Assembly: GCF_009914755.1 (NCBI RefSeq) | Contig: NC_060936.1 | Direction: 5' to 3' (one strand) | Length of the DNA stretch: 64,000 bases | Source: the human T2T-CHM13v2.0 reference genome, Homo sapiens | Part shown: piece after piece, positions 29,981 to 42,700 of the stretch | Layout of the letters: every line of letters begins with the position of its first letter | Numbering within the stretch: the first letter of the stretch is position 1 | Notes under the pieces: model-generated | What the model was told of the DNA's origin: nothing | The model's database searches: none | The model's input: the letters and a program-made list of their open reading frames with translations, nothing else | Position numbers and translations under genes: made by a program

Positions 29981-30275
29981 GTTTGATGCTTTCTGTTTTA
30001 GAAGGTTATTAAATATGGATTCATTTTTAGAGAGTTCTATCCTCCTTCAATGCCTGGGGTTCCAATGAGGAAATCAGAGCTTTTTCCCAAAAATGGTACC
30101 TCCTATTTTTCCCAAGGACTCCTCGTCTGTTAGAAATGAACTTAGTTCCTTTCATGTGGTCATCAAGAGGGGCAAAAAGACAGACTGAGGAAATAATTCA
30201 CTCAAGTGAGAAAAATAAATAAATAAAAACTTCTCAAAAAAACAAGATCCAAGAAGAGAAAAAGCACAAAGGTCT

Positions 30276-30445
30276 TGTATATAGATATATACACACACAG
30301 ACACACACACATATATATACATATATGTATATATGTGTGTATATATGTATATGCTATATATACATGTATATATGTGTATGTATATATACACACAAACGTA
30401 TATGTGTGTCTGTAAAGAGAGAGGGAGAGCGAGAGAGAGTATGGG
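30276..30445 (+). repeat. Compound (TA)/(CA)/(TG)/(GA) microsatellite
   Basis: Read directly from the sequence. Confidence 0.9.
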
Positions 30446-31327
30446 AGAGCACTTGGATATCCATTTTTAATTAAGCTGACTTTTAGCTATAGTGCCCTTT
30501 AAAAAAAATCCTTTATATCTCTTATTATCTGACTTTAGCAAGGCCAAACAGCCAGTATTTCTGGCTTTTGAACTTCTTTAGAAATAGTAATCTCCTAGGT
30601 GAAATAAATAAGCCTTAACTGAGGTTGTAACTTAACCATGAGTGTATGAGGTATTTTCAAATAGGTGGTAAGCAGTTTTTACAAGATCTAGAATCTTCAA
30701 AGGTAACTCACAGAAACGAAAATTCAAGAAGGGAAGCCAGAAGTTGGTCATGGAGGAGCAGAGAATCAACAAATGGAAAAAGCCACAAGAATATCAAATC
30801 AGAAAGCATTCATTCCCTGGGCCAAGAATTGAGTCCCAGGCCACCATTGTGAAAAGACAAACTCTTAGCTTCTGAGCTATAGCATTGGATAGTCTTCATT
30901 ACCTTTCCCAGAAGGATTCCAGTGCAACCGATTTCAAGCTTGCAAAGGCTTTTAACTGCTCGAGATAATTTTTAGAGCTAACTATGACATTAACTACAAA
31001 ATTCCTGTCCTCTAGATGGCAGAGACCAAGAGTAAGTACTGCCACATGGTTACAAGATCAAGCTCCCAAGGACATAAAACAAGATGAGAGGGAAACCTCA
31101 TCCAGTATAGGTTTCAGGAACACACAGCAAAGTTTGTAACCGACCAGCCCAAGAGGCTGGCTTAAAAAGTAGGCTTATAGGAATCCTAAGCCTACTTTCT
31201 ACATTCTTTCCTATGACACCCCTCTCCATTACAGAACAACACTAAAAGACAAATTCTTAGCACAAAGTACACCAGATTTGCTAAAGCCTAAGACTAGTCT
31301 CAAAAATTCATTTTTCTGTTAATCAGA

Positions 31328-31417
31328 CCACACACACACAGAGAGAGAGAGAGAGAGACAGAAAGACAGAGAGACAGAGAAAGACAGAGACAGAGACAGA
31401 GACAGAGAGACAGAGAC
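31328..31417 (+). repeat. (CA)n(GA)n(GAGACA)n microsatellite
   Basis: Read directly from the sequence. Confidence 0.9.
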
Positions 31418-32577
31418 CAGAAGCTTGGCTGGTAACAAATTCTTACCCCTTTTGCCAGCATACCACGTTTCTGGGTTCCCTTTCTCTGCAGCTTCCAGAA
31501 GAATGAAGTGGCTTTTGATGACCCTGCTCATTGCACCATAGCTTTGGGGGCCAAGCCACTTTACAAAAGAAAATTATCCTTTTCTGTTTTATAAAACTAT
31601 AGGCAAAAGCTTCTCATTTTTGCAAGATGCTGCCCAATGGGCTGCATGAGGAACCAAATTAACATTTTCCACCCCAGCCTAGCAAAATACACATAACAAA
31701 ACAGACATTTGTCACCTCATTCAGCACCCGATATTGACCTGGCGAGGCTCAAACTTTCTTTCATTGGTCCCTATCATCTCTGATCCACTCAAGATGTGGA
31801 GGGCTAAACTCCAACTGAGAATTCAGGTCTCTGGGCAAGATGAAGAAGTGGACAGTCACCCCGACTCAGGCCTTTTGAGCTTCCTTCAGGACTCACTGAA
31901 TGTGACCAGACAAATAATGAGGGTTTTCTGAGTTAGGTGTCCTAGACTTCCATCAGTAGTTCCTTTAGAGGTCTCCTCCACATATACAAATACACACAAC
32001 AAAGACAAGACAGACAGAAGGCCTTCCAAACCACGACTTCTAACCAAGAATTCCGAGTCTTCCTCCCAAACGAACCTTCTATTCTCCACCTGAGAATTCT
32101 CCCTAAAATCTTCTTGATTGAAGAGAAATCTCCTGAACCAAGACTTCCTACTAATTAGAGAGAGCTAACCAACACCTCCAAAGGAGCTGAACTGAGACCT
32201 CAAAAAACAAACAAACAAACAAAAAAAAAAAACAAGAGCCCCAAAGGAGCCAAACCAAGGCCCCTAAAGAAGCCAAATCATGATCCCCAAAGGAGCCAAA
32301 CCAACTGGGAGAAGAAAGGAGGAGTTGGCAGTGCCTAGAATACTCACCAAATTAGTTTGGAGACAGACATCATTTCCAGGAACTATTTCTCCATTGCAAT
32401 TAAATCCATGCACATTGGGTCAGCAGCACCCTGCCAGTAGAGACAGTGCCAGAGTCAGCCCACAGTCCAAGAGAACTAGGCAGCCACTTGGGCTGGCCTC
32501 TGGATCCATCACCAGAGCAGGGCTACTGAACCATGGGCAGGTAGGCACAAAGGCAACCCCAGATGAGACCCCTAGTG

Positions 32578-33314
32578 TGTAACCACCTAACGGGTTCACC
32601 TTGCCCACTGCCTAGACAGAGCTTATTTATCAAGAAAGATCTTACTTATCAAAACAGAGAAATTGCAATAAAGAGTAATTCATGCAGAGCCAGCTGTGCA
32701 GTACACCAGAGTTTTGTTATTATTCAAATCAGTCTCTCTGAGAATTTGAGGACTGGAGTTTTTAAAGATAATTTGGTGGGTAGGGGGGCCAGTGAGTCAA
32801 GAGTTCTGATTGGTCAGGTGAGAGATGAAATCATAGGGAGTTGATACTGTCCTCTCGTGCTGAGTCACTTCCTGGGAGGGGGCCACAGGATGAGATAGGC
32901 CAGTTTATCAATCTGGGTGGTGTGAGCTCATCTGTGAAGTTCAGGATCTGCAAAATATATCAAGTATTGATCTTAGGTTTTACAATAGTGCTGTTATCCT
33001 CAGGAGCAATTTGGTTAGAGTCAGAATCTTGTAGCCTCCAGATGCATTACTCCTAAATCATAATTTCTAATCTTTTGGCTAATTCGTTAGTCCTACAAAG
33101 GTAGTCTGTTTCCCAGGCAAGAAGCTGGTTTGTTTTGGGAAAGGACTGTTACTGTCTTGGTTTTAAACTCGAAGCTATAAACTAAATTTCTCCCAGAATT
33201 AGTTCGGCTTACACCCAGAAATCAACAAGAACAGCTTGGAGGATAGAAGCAAGATGGAGTTGGTTAGGTCAGCTCTCTTTCAGTCTCGGTTATAGTTTTG
33301 CAGTGAAAATTTCA
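32578..33314 (-). mobile_element. ERV1 LTR (LTR8-like), 5' LTR of the adjacent proviral remnant
   Basis: - strand starts TGAAA...GCAAAACTATAACCGAG and ends GGCAGTGGGCAAGGTGAACCCGTTAGGTGGTTACA (TG...CA termini). Confidence 0.82.
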
Positions 33315-35500
33315 TAAGCATTTAGTGCAATAAACTTTCCACTTTATGCTGTTGAAGCTATATCCTAGAGGTTTTAAAATACTTTGTCTCGATTTTCATT
33401 TGTTTAAAACAAAAAAATTGTGTTCTGCTCTAATTTTGTTATTTACCCAAAAGTAATTCAGGACCAAGTTATACAGATTTCTTGTAATTGTGTAGTTTCA
33501 AGAGTTGCTCTTGATACTGATTTCTATTTTTATTCTGCTGTGGTTCATGAAGATGTTTGTTATAACTCTGATTTTTTAAAAAATTTATTGTGACTTATGA
33601 CTTAGAATGTGGTTAGTTTTAGAGAATGTTTTATGAACAGATAAAAAATGCATTTTCTCTGATTTTTGGGTGAAGTATTCTCTAGATATCTATTAGATCC
33701 ACTTGGTAAAGAGTCTACTTCAAGTCGAATTTTTTTTTTTTTTTTTTTAGCTTTTGGCCTTGATGATGTGCCTGCCTAGTGCTGTCAGTCTGGTGTCGAA
33801 GCTTATTACTCATTGTATTACTTTCTATCTCTTTGCTTAGGTCTGGTAGTATTTATTTTATAAATATGATTGCTTCAGTATTGAGTGTGTATATATTTAG
33901 ATTAGTTAAATCTTGTTGAATTAAATGCTTTATCATTATGTAATGCACTTACTTGGTTTTTTTTAAACTGTTGTTTGTTTAAGGTCTGTTTTATTTGATA
34001 CAAAGAGAGGAATTTCAGCTTATTTTTGCTTTCCATTTGAAAGATAGATCTTTCTTCATTCTTTTACTTTAAGTCTATGGGTGTCCTTACATACGAGATG
34101 GATTCCTTAAGGGCAGCAGAAGGTTGCCTTTTTTTTTTTAATCCACTTTGCTACTCTATGTCTTTTATATGAAGCATTTAGGCAATTTACATTCAAAGTT
34201 AATATTGATATGTGAGATTTTGTACCTCTCATACTGTTGTTAGCTAGTTGCTTTATAGTTGCAATTGTGTAGTTACTTAATAGGATCTGTAGGCTTTGTA
34301 ATTATGGGTGCTTTTATAGTAGCAAGTATTGGTCTGTTTTTTCCTGTTTTGAACTCCTTTGAGCATTTTTTCTAAAACTGATCTGGTGGTGACATATTTC
34401 CTTAGTGTTTACTGGTCTGGGAAATATTTTATTTCTACTTTATTCACAAATCTTCATTTGGGAAGTTATGAAGTTCTTGGCTGTCATTATTATTATTTTT
34501 CTTTTGTAAGTCTAACAATAGGCCCCCAGTCTCTTCTAGCTTGTAACGTATCTGCTGGGAAGTTCACCTTTAGTCTAATGGTATTTCCTTCATAAATAAT
34601 TTGGCCCTTTTCTCTAGCTGCCTTTAGGATTTGTTTTTTCATGTTGAACTTAGGCAATCTGATGACTATATTCATATAGTATCTGAATGGTTGTTTTGTA
34701 TAGTATCTCATACTATAGTATGTTTTGTATAGTATCTCATACACTGTTGCACCCTCAACAGTGTACAGTGGAGAGAGTGGGAAATTACCCTCTATCCAGA
34801 TTCATTCCTGAGTGTTGGTACTGCCTCCTTCAGTAATTGGTGCTGTGCCCATGTTCTCTTTGTCCCAGGGGAAGCTATAGTGGGCTACAGTCCCCACTCT
34901 TTTAGGGGAAGAACACATTGAGGGTTAGATCTCCAGAGGTCCTGCTGTTTCCCCAAAGTCCACTGACCCCTGTGCCTACCAAAGTCAGAGCAGTTTGTTG
35001 GACATGTTTGCCAGGAATTGGGTGGCATGGTGACTCAAAGATGGAGAATCCTCAGGCAGGGCGGTGGCATACCATAGATGCACCAACAGTATGGCACATC
35101 TTTCCTTTAGATAGAAAGGTGGTGCAGCTGTACCTGTGCAGGCTGGCCACCTAGTTGTCTATCCCTGGGGAGTTCCCAAATTGCCACCAATAGCATTACC
35201 CTGCATCAAGAGGGCAGAGGAAATTCCTAACAATTTGGTGGTCAGCAGATTATCAGAGATGTGAGGGGAGCAGAGAAGCACTTTCAGCTAAATTTTCACA
35301 GGGTTCTCTGGGGGTTGATTATTACCAGGCTTTTACCGCTTTTCTTTACTACACCACAGCTGCTTCTTATGGGCACTATAACAGTTCCTGGCTCTCTTTC
35401 TCAGTTTTTTATTTGGTACTTCTTTGTTCACCAGTAACTTTGATCTTCTTTCTGAGGAGAACTGTAATTTGATGTCCCTGGTCAGCCATCTTGAAAAGAA
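33315..35500 (-). mobile_element. Old LINE-1 5' portion (ORF2 start, ORF1 piece, 5' UTR) with internal deletion
   Basis: ORF 34493-34744 KQILKAAREKGQIIYEGNTIRL is ORF1-like; cagccatcttg (CAAGATGGC) near 35483-35493 marks an L1 5' end. Confidence 0.78.
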
Positions 35501-35509
35501 CTTGACTTA

Positions 35510-37400
35510 TTTTTTTATCAGTGGCAGCATGATATATCTTCCTCCATCTAATTACTTTTAATCTATACATCTTTAAAGTAGATCTCTTAGAGACTACATA
35601 TAGTTTGTTTCTTCTTTTTAATCCTTTAACAAACTCAGTCTTTTAATTGGTGGATTTAGATCATTGACATTAAAAGTGACTACTGATGCTGTGAGACCAA
35701 TGTTGATTATAATTTTACTATTGTCTATTTGTTATACTTGTTCTTTGATCCTATTTTTGTCTTCTATTCTTTTTTCTTCTGTTGTGTTCTTAACTAAATA
35801 GTCTATATGACTCTGATTTTATATGACTATATAATCATAACTTTTTATGTTACCTTTCTTTATATATATCAAGTTTCTGACCTATATGAGTCTCTCTAAA
35901 AAGCTTCTCTTAACATTTCTTACAAGGAAGATGTACTGGAAAAACATTTCTTCAATTGTTGTTTGTCTGAGAATGTGTTTATTTCTACTTTACTTTTAAA
36001 AGAATTTCACAGAGTACAGAATTTTAAGTTGGTGATTTTTTTCTCTTAAGACTTTAAATATTTCACTCCACTCTCTTCTTGCTTGCATGGTTTCTGAAGA
36101 GAAGTCTATTTTCTCCCCTATAGATAAAATTTGTTTTTCCTTCTGGTTAGTTTCAGGATAAAGTTTTCTTTATCTTTGACTTTCTGTAATTTGAAAATAA
36201 CACACCTACACGTAGTTTTTCTGGTCAATAATAACTTATTTGTATATTTAAAAATAACTTAGGAAGTGTAGTTGAATTGTTTGTAACTCAAAGGACAAAT
36301 CCTTAGCATTTTCTGAGTTTCCTGAATCTGTGATATAGTGTCTGACATTAATTTAAGAGAAATTCTTAGTAATTTTTTTTTTTTTTTGAGATGGAGTCTC
36401 ACTCTGTTGCCCAGGCTGGAGTGCAATGGCATGATCTTGGCTCACTGCAACCCCCGCCTCCCGAGTTCAAGTGATTCTCCTGCCTCAGCCTCCTGAGTAG
36501 CTGGGATAACAGGCACCCGCCACCACGCCCAGCTAGTTTTTGTATTTTTGGTATAGACGGGGTTTCACCATGTTGGTCAGGCTGGTCTCTAACTCCTGAC
36601 CTCGTGATCTGCCTGCCTCAGTCTCCCAAAGTGCTGGGATTACAGGCATGATCCACTGCACCTGGCCAGTAATTATTTTTTAAAAATGTTTCTTTTGCTC
36701 CTTTTCTCTTTGTTTTCCTTCTAACCTTTCCATTACACCCACTTATATAATTGTCTCAAAATTTTTATATGATTTCAATTGATTTACTTTTTAGTCTTGT
36801 TTCTCTTTGCTTTTCAGTTTTGGAGGTTTTCATTGATATATCCTCAAATTAGAGAGTCTTCATCAGTTGTGTTCTATCTACTAATAAGCCCATCAAAGGC
36901 ATTCTTTATTTCTGCTACAGAATTTTTTATTTTTAGCATTTTCTTGGGTTCTTAAAATTTTTATTTTTATACTTACATTGTCCATCTGTTATTGAATGCT
37001 GTCTACCTTATTGATTAGAACACTTAACATATTAATCATAGTTGTTTTAAATTCCACTTTGAAAATTTCCACATCCCGGACATATCTAGGTCTGGTTTAA
37101 AGCTTACTTATTCCTTTCAATCTATGTTTTTTTTTTCACTTTTGGTATGACTGGCAATTTTTTTCATTACAGTTAAGCATAATGCATTAGGTAAAAGGAA
37201 CTGCTTTGATAAGCCTTTATTAATATGGTGTAAGGTGCTGGAGAAGGGGTAGCATTCTACAGGCCTACATTTAGGTTTTATTATTTTAGTTATAATCCAG
37301 TAACCTCTGGATTATAAATTTCAAACATGCTTCTCAGTTTCTCCTCCCAGCTGTAGGTGGGGCAGGATGGCTTAACAGGGCTTGAGTTGTATATTTTTCT
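35510..37400 (-). mobile_element. Old L1M (L1MC/M4-like) ORF1 region
   Basis: tttcactccactctcttcttgcttgcatggtttctga; ctactaataagcccatcaaaggcattct. Confidence 0.7.
36375..36667 (-). mobile_element. Alu (AluSg/Sc-like)
   Basis: Full dimer; TSD agtaatt at 36368-36374 and 36668-36674. Confidence 0.95.
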
Positions 37401-37633
37401 CGTTTTATGAAGAAGGCCAGAGGCAACTAGAGTATAGTTTCTATGGCTTCATAACCCTATTACAATAATAAAATATCTATCGTTATGCCCCAATAAAAAG
37501 AATTATTAGAATTATTGTCTTAATATTTTATTTATAATTTTTTTTCTTTAGGATCTGGATACTGGAGAAAATGTTTTAAGTTATTACACACAATTTAAAC
37601 TGATTTATTGTTTTATTTTCTCTATTTCTACAG

Positions 37634-37844
37634 AAGGGTCTACTTGGGCTTGTCTTCAATGTTAAGAGTCTCATCACTTGTTTTATATATTATATTAATT
37701 TATGCCATGAAGAAAAAATATCAAGAGAAAGATATCAATGCATCAGAAAATGGAAGTGTCATGGATGAAGCAAACTTAGAATCCTTAAATAAAAATAAAC
37801 ATTTTGTCCCTTCTGCTGGGGCAGATAGTGAAACACATTGTTAA
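37634..37844 (+). CDS. SLCO1B1: SLCO1B1 exon 15 coding part (c.1866-2076): RVYLGLSSMLR...GADSETHC-stop
   Basis: AG at 37632-37633; last transmembrane helix and C-terminus characteristic of OATP1B1 (691 aa); TAA at 37842-37844. Confidence 0.98.
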
Positions 37845-38451
37845 GGGGAGAAAAAAAGCCACTTCTGCTTCTGTGTTTCCAAACAGCATTGCATTGATTC
37901 AGTAAGATGTTATTTTTGAGGAGTTCCTGGTCCTTTCACTAAGAATTTCCACATCTTTTATGGTGGAAGTATAAATAAGCCTATGAACTTATAATAAAAC
38001 AAACTGTAGGTAGAAAAAATGAGAGTACTCATTGTTACATTATAGCTACATATTTGTGGTTAAGGTTAGACTATATGATCCATACAAATTAAAGTGAGAG
38101 ACATGGTTACTGTGTAATAAAAGAAAAAATACTTGTTCAGGTAATTCTAATTCTTAATAAAACAAATGAGTATCATACAGGTAGAGGTTAAAAAGGAGGA
38201 GCTAGATTCATATCCTAAGTAAAGAGAAATGCCTAGTGTCTATTTTATTAAACAAACAAACACAGAGTTTGAACTATAATACGAAGGCCTGAAGTCTAGC
38301 TTGGATGTATGCTACAATAATATCTGTTACTCACATAAAATTATATATTTCACAGACTTTATCAATGTATAATTAACAATTATCTTGTTTAAGTAAATTT
38401 AGAATACATTTAAGTATTGTGGAAGAAATAAAGACATTCCAATATTTGCAA
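37845..38451 (+). other. SLCO1B1: SLCO1B1 3' UTR
   Basis: Follows the stop codon; distal AATAAA at 38427-38432; further AATAAA near 37993, 38116 and 38156. Confidence 0.8.
38427..38432 (+). terminator. SLCO1B1: Polyadenylation signal of SLCO1B1
   Basis: AATAAA with a CA about 18 nt downstream and GT-rich sequence after it. Confidence 0.75.
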
Positions 38452-38519
38452 GCTGTGATTGTCAAACAACATATTACATTATGTGTTAAGTTTCCAGTGG
38501 GCCCACGGTAATGTATTAG

Positions 38520-39505
38520 GAAAAATTGACTTTGACTAATGTAGCCACTCTCATACTTATCTTAGCTAGATTTCCTAGATCATTTGCCGCACCTTCTACG
38601 TCAGCACTTGCTTCTTCACTTTGTACTTAGATAATGAAACCAGCTTCTTTTTTTAAACCCCGTGAAACAAATTCTACAGCTTTTTTTCTTTTGCAGCTTT
38701 CCCACGTCTCTTAGTCATCATAGAATGACAGAGAGTTAGGTCCTTGCTCTAGATTAGATTTGGCCTAAGGGAACATTGTGGCTGCTTTGTTCTTCAATCC
38801 AGGCTACTGAAGTTTTCTCCATGTTAGCCATAAGTCTGTTTCACTTTGTTATTATTTGTGTGTTCACTGAAGTAGGACTCTTAATTATCTTCAAGTACTT
38901 TATTTTTGCATTCACAACTTGGCTAACTGCTGAATGCAAGATGCTTAGTTTTGACTTACCTTGGCTCTTGATATGCCTTCCTCACTAAACTTAATCATTT
39001 CTAAAATTTGACTTAAAATGAGAGATATGTGACTCTTTCTTTCACTCAAACACCTAGAGGTCATTGTAAGGTTATTATTTGGCTTAATTTCTATGTTGTT
39101 CTGTCTCAGGACATAGGAAGGCCCAAGGGGATGGAGAGAGATGTAGCAATAGCTGGTTGGTGGAGCATTCAGAACACACACAACTTTATTGATTAAGTTC
39201 CACGTATTATATGGGTATGGATAGTGGCAAGTCAAATCAATTACAATAGTAACATCAAAGATCACTAACCACAGGTCACTATCACAGATACAATAACAAT
39301 GAATAAGTCTGAAATATTGTGAGAATTAGTAAAATGTGACACAGAGACATAAAGTGAGCACATATTTTTGACAAAATGATGTCAATAGACTTGTTTGATG
39401 CAGGATTGCCACAAACTTCCAATTTGAAAACAAAAAACAAACAAAAAAAACACCAAAATATGTGAAGTGCAATAAAGTGAAGTTCAATAAAATGAAGTAT
39501 GCCAG
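38520..39505 (-). mobile_element. Tigger1 DNA transposon, 5' portion
   Basis: Terminal ...caataaaatgaagtatgcc; ORF 38945-39265 contains MTSRCLSERKSHISLILSQILEMIKFSEEG, like the Tigger1 transposase N-terminus. Confidence 0.87.
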
Positions 39506-39769
39506 GAATAAAAACTAGCAGGATCACAGGATCAACCTCTACTTAAAAGTATTAGAAATATGGAGGTAAATAGAAGAAATAGCTAAAAAGAGTTGTAAAT
39601 GCTTGCCTCTGGAAAGCAGTAATAATAAGCAGAGAAAAACTCATTTTCAATATGAGATTTTTGATATAATCTTATTTTTACAACTTTGTGCATAAATGGC
39701 TTTGGTAAAAATTAAAAATCAATCATCAGACTGGTATGTCTCTTATTAATCAACAATAAACAATAATAT

Positions 39770-42700
39770 TGATACCCAGGTACTACACTGAGAGCCTTGG
39801 GTGAGCCTCCAAGTCTTGCTGGCTTCAGATACCAGAAAGATCACAGGGGTTAATGCACTAAGCAGACTCTTGAGGTCCCTGATTCCAGGACTTGACTCTG
39901 GGATAGCATTTCTGAACCTGCCCTCGGCCAGAGGGGAGCCCATTGTTCTGAAGTTTGAATCCCACCTCAGGCAGAATTCAATAGAAGCTGATTAAAGTGC
40001 CCTTGGGCCTTAAGGAAACATTGGCAGTAGTCTAGCAGTACTCCCTGTGGGCCTGAAGTGTTGTGGCTATGGGTTGAGGCTCCTTTGTATTTGGAAATGC
40101 GAGGGAAGAGTGGGAAAGACGGTCTTGTGGTTTGCGTGCCACCTCAGCCACAATATGATAGAACACCAGGTAGACTTTACGAGTTTTGGCTCTAGTCTCT
40201 GACTCCTGGATGGCATCTCTGGACCCACATGGGACCTGGGGGACCTCGCCACCCTGAAAGGAAGGACACAGGCCTTGCTGGCTTTTCTGCCTGCTGATTG
40301 TAGAGCCCCATGGCCTTGAGCAAACATTGGCAGTAGTCAGGGAGTAATTACAGCAGACCTTGGGCAAGACTCATAAATGTGCTGGCTTCAGGTGTAACCC
40401 AATGTAGTCATAGTTCTGGATGCCACAGAGGTGCTTACGCCACTCCAAACCTAGATTTAGTTGGCTCAGAATAGAGAGAGAGACTGTATGTTTGGGAGAA
40501 ATTAAGCAAGAGAACAAGAATCTCTGCCTGGAAATCCATAGAATTCTCCTGGATGTTGTTCAAGACCATCAAGACGGTACCTCTACGAGTCTGCAAAAAC
40601 CTCAGCATTACTGGGCTTGGGATGCTCCCTAAAGCAGACACAGCTTATTTCACAATAATCAAGTTATTTCAAATGCCTGGAAACCCTTCCCAAGAAGGAT
40701 GGCTGCAAATAAGCCCAAACAGCCAAGGCTACAATAAGTATTTTGCTCTTCAATGCCCAGACAGACAAATATCTACTAGCATCAACACCATCCTGGAAAA
40801 CATGACCTCACCAAATGAACTAAATAAGGCACCAGGAACCATTCCTGGAGAAACAGAGATATGTGACCTTTCAGAGAGAGAATTCAAAATAGCTATTTTG
40901 AGGAAACTCATAGAAATTCAAGATAACACAAAGAAGGAATTCAGAATTTTATCAGATAAATTTAACAAGGACATTGAAATAATTGAAAAGAATGAAGCAG
41001 AAATTCTGTAGCTGAGAAATACAATTGGTATACTGAAGAATGAATAAGAATCCTTTAATAGCAGAATTTATCAAGCAAAACAAAGAATTAATGAACTTGA
41101 AGACAGGTTTTTTGAAAATACACAGTCAGAGGAGATGAAAAAAAGAATATAAAACAATAAAACAAGCCTACAGAAAGTGGAAAATAGACCCAAAAGAGCA
41201 TATCTGTTATGGGCCCTAAAGAGGAGGTAGAGAAAGAGATGGGGTAGAAAGTGTATTCAAAGGGATAATACCAGAGAACTTCTCAAACTTAGAGAGAGAT
41301 ATATCCAAGTACAAGAAGGTTATAGAACACCAAGCAGATTTAATCCAAAGAAGACTACCTCAAAGCATTTAATAATCAAACTCTCAAAGGTCAAAATTTA
41401 AAAAATGATCCAAAAAGCAGCAAGATAATAGAAACAATTAAGATAGAGTGGTGCTCCAAAATTCTGGCAACAGAATTTTTACTGGAAACCTTACAGGCAC
41501 GAATGGCATGACATATTTAAAGTGCTGAAGTAAAAAAACAAAACAAAACAAAACATACAAACAAACAAAAACGCTTTTACCCTAGAATAGTACATCCAAG
41601 AAAAATATCCTTCAAACATGAAGAAGAAATGGAGACTCAGTGAGACAAACAAAAGCTAAGGAATTTCATCAATACCAGACCCATCCTACAAGACATGCTA
41701 AAGGAAGTGCTTCAAATGGAAAGAAAAGAACATTATTGAACAATAAATAATCACCTAAAGGTACAAGACTCACTGGTAATAGTAAGCATGCAGCATAACA
41801 CAATGTCATAACCCCTTAACTGTGGTATGTGAACTATTATTCTAAGTAGAAACACTAAATGATGAACCAATCAAAAATAATAACTTCAACAACTTTTCAA
41901 GACATGGTACAGTAAGCTATAAATGGAAACAACAAAAAGTGAAAAAGCATGGAGATAAAGTTAAGGCATAGATTATTTATTACTTTGATTTTTGCTTGTT
42001 TGTTCATGTAAGTAGTGTTAAATTATTAGGTTAAAAATAATGAGCTATAAGATAGTATTTGCAAGCCTCATGGTAACCTCAAACCAAAAAGCATACAATA
42101 GATACACAAAAAATAAAAAGCAAAAAATAAGTTACATCACCAGAGAAAATCACCTTCACTTGAGAAGACCGGAAGAAAGAAAGAAGGATGAAAAGACCAC
42201 AGAACAACCAGAAAACAAATAACAAAATGGTGGGAGTATGTCTCTACTAATCAATAATAGCACTAAATGTAAATGGATTAAATTGTCTTTTTTATTCAGT
42301 TATCTCACTGCTATAAAAAAGAACCAAAGATGGGGTAATTTATAAAGAAAAGAGGTTTAATTGGTTCATGGTTTCACGGGCTGTATAGGATGATCTATTG
42401 TCTTTAAGAAACACACTTCACTTATAAAGACACACATAGACTAAAAATAAAGGGATGGGAAAACATATTCCATGCAAAGGGAAACTAAAAAAGAGCAGGA
42501 GTCACTATAATTATATCAGACAAAATAGATTGTAAGACAAACACTGTAAGAAGACAAAAACAAGGTCATTGCATAATGACAAAGCGGCCAACTCAGCAAG
42601 AAGATATAAGAATTTTGAAAACATACGCACCCAACACTGGAGCACTCCAATATATAAAGGAACTATTATTAGAGCTAAAGAGAGATATAGGCCCTAATAC

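Larger units (their letters stand above)
30035..32577 (-). mobile_element. ERV1 internal leader region (HUERS-P1/MER4-group-like), truncated
   Basis: Adjacent to the LTR with a decayed tRNA-Pro primer site (- strand TAGGGGTCTCATCTGGGGT vs TGGGGGCTCGTCCGGGAT); no intact ORFs. Confidence 0.7.
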
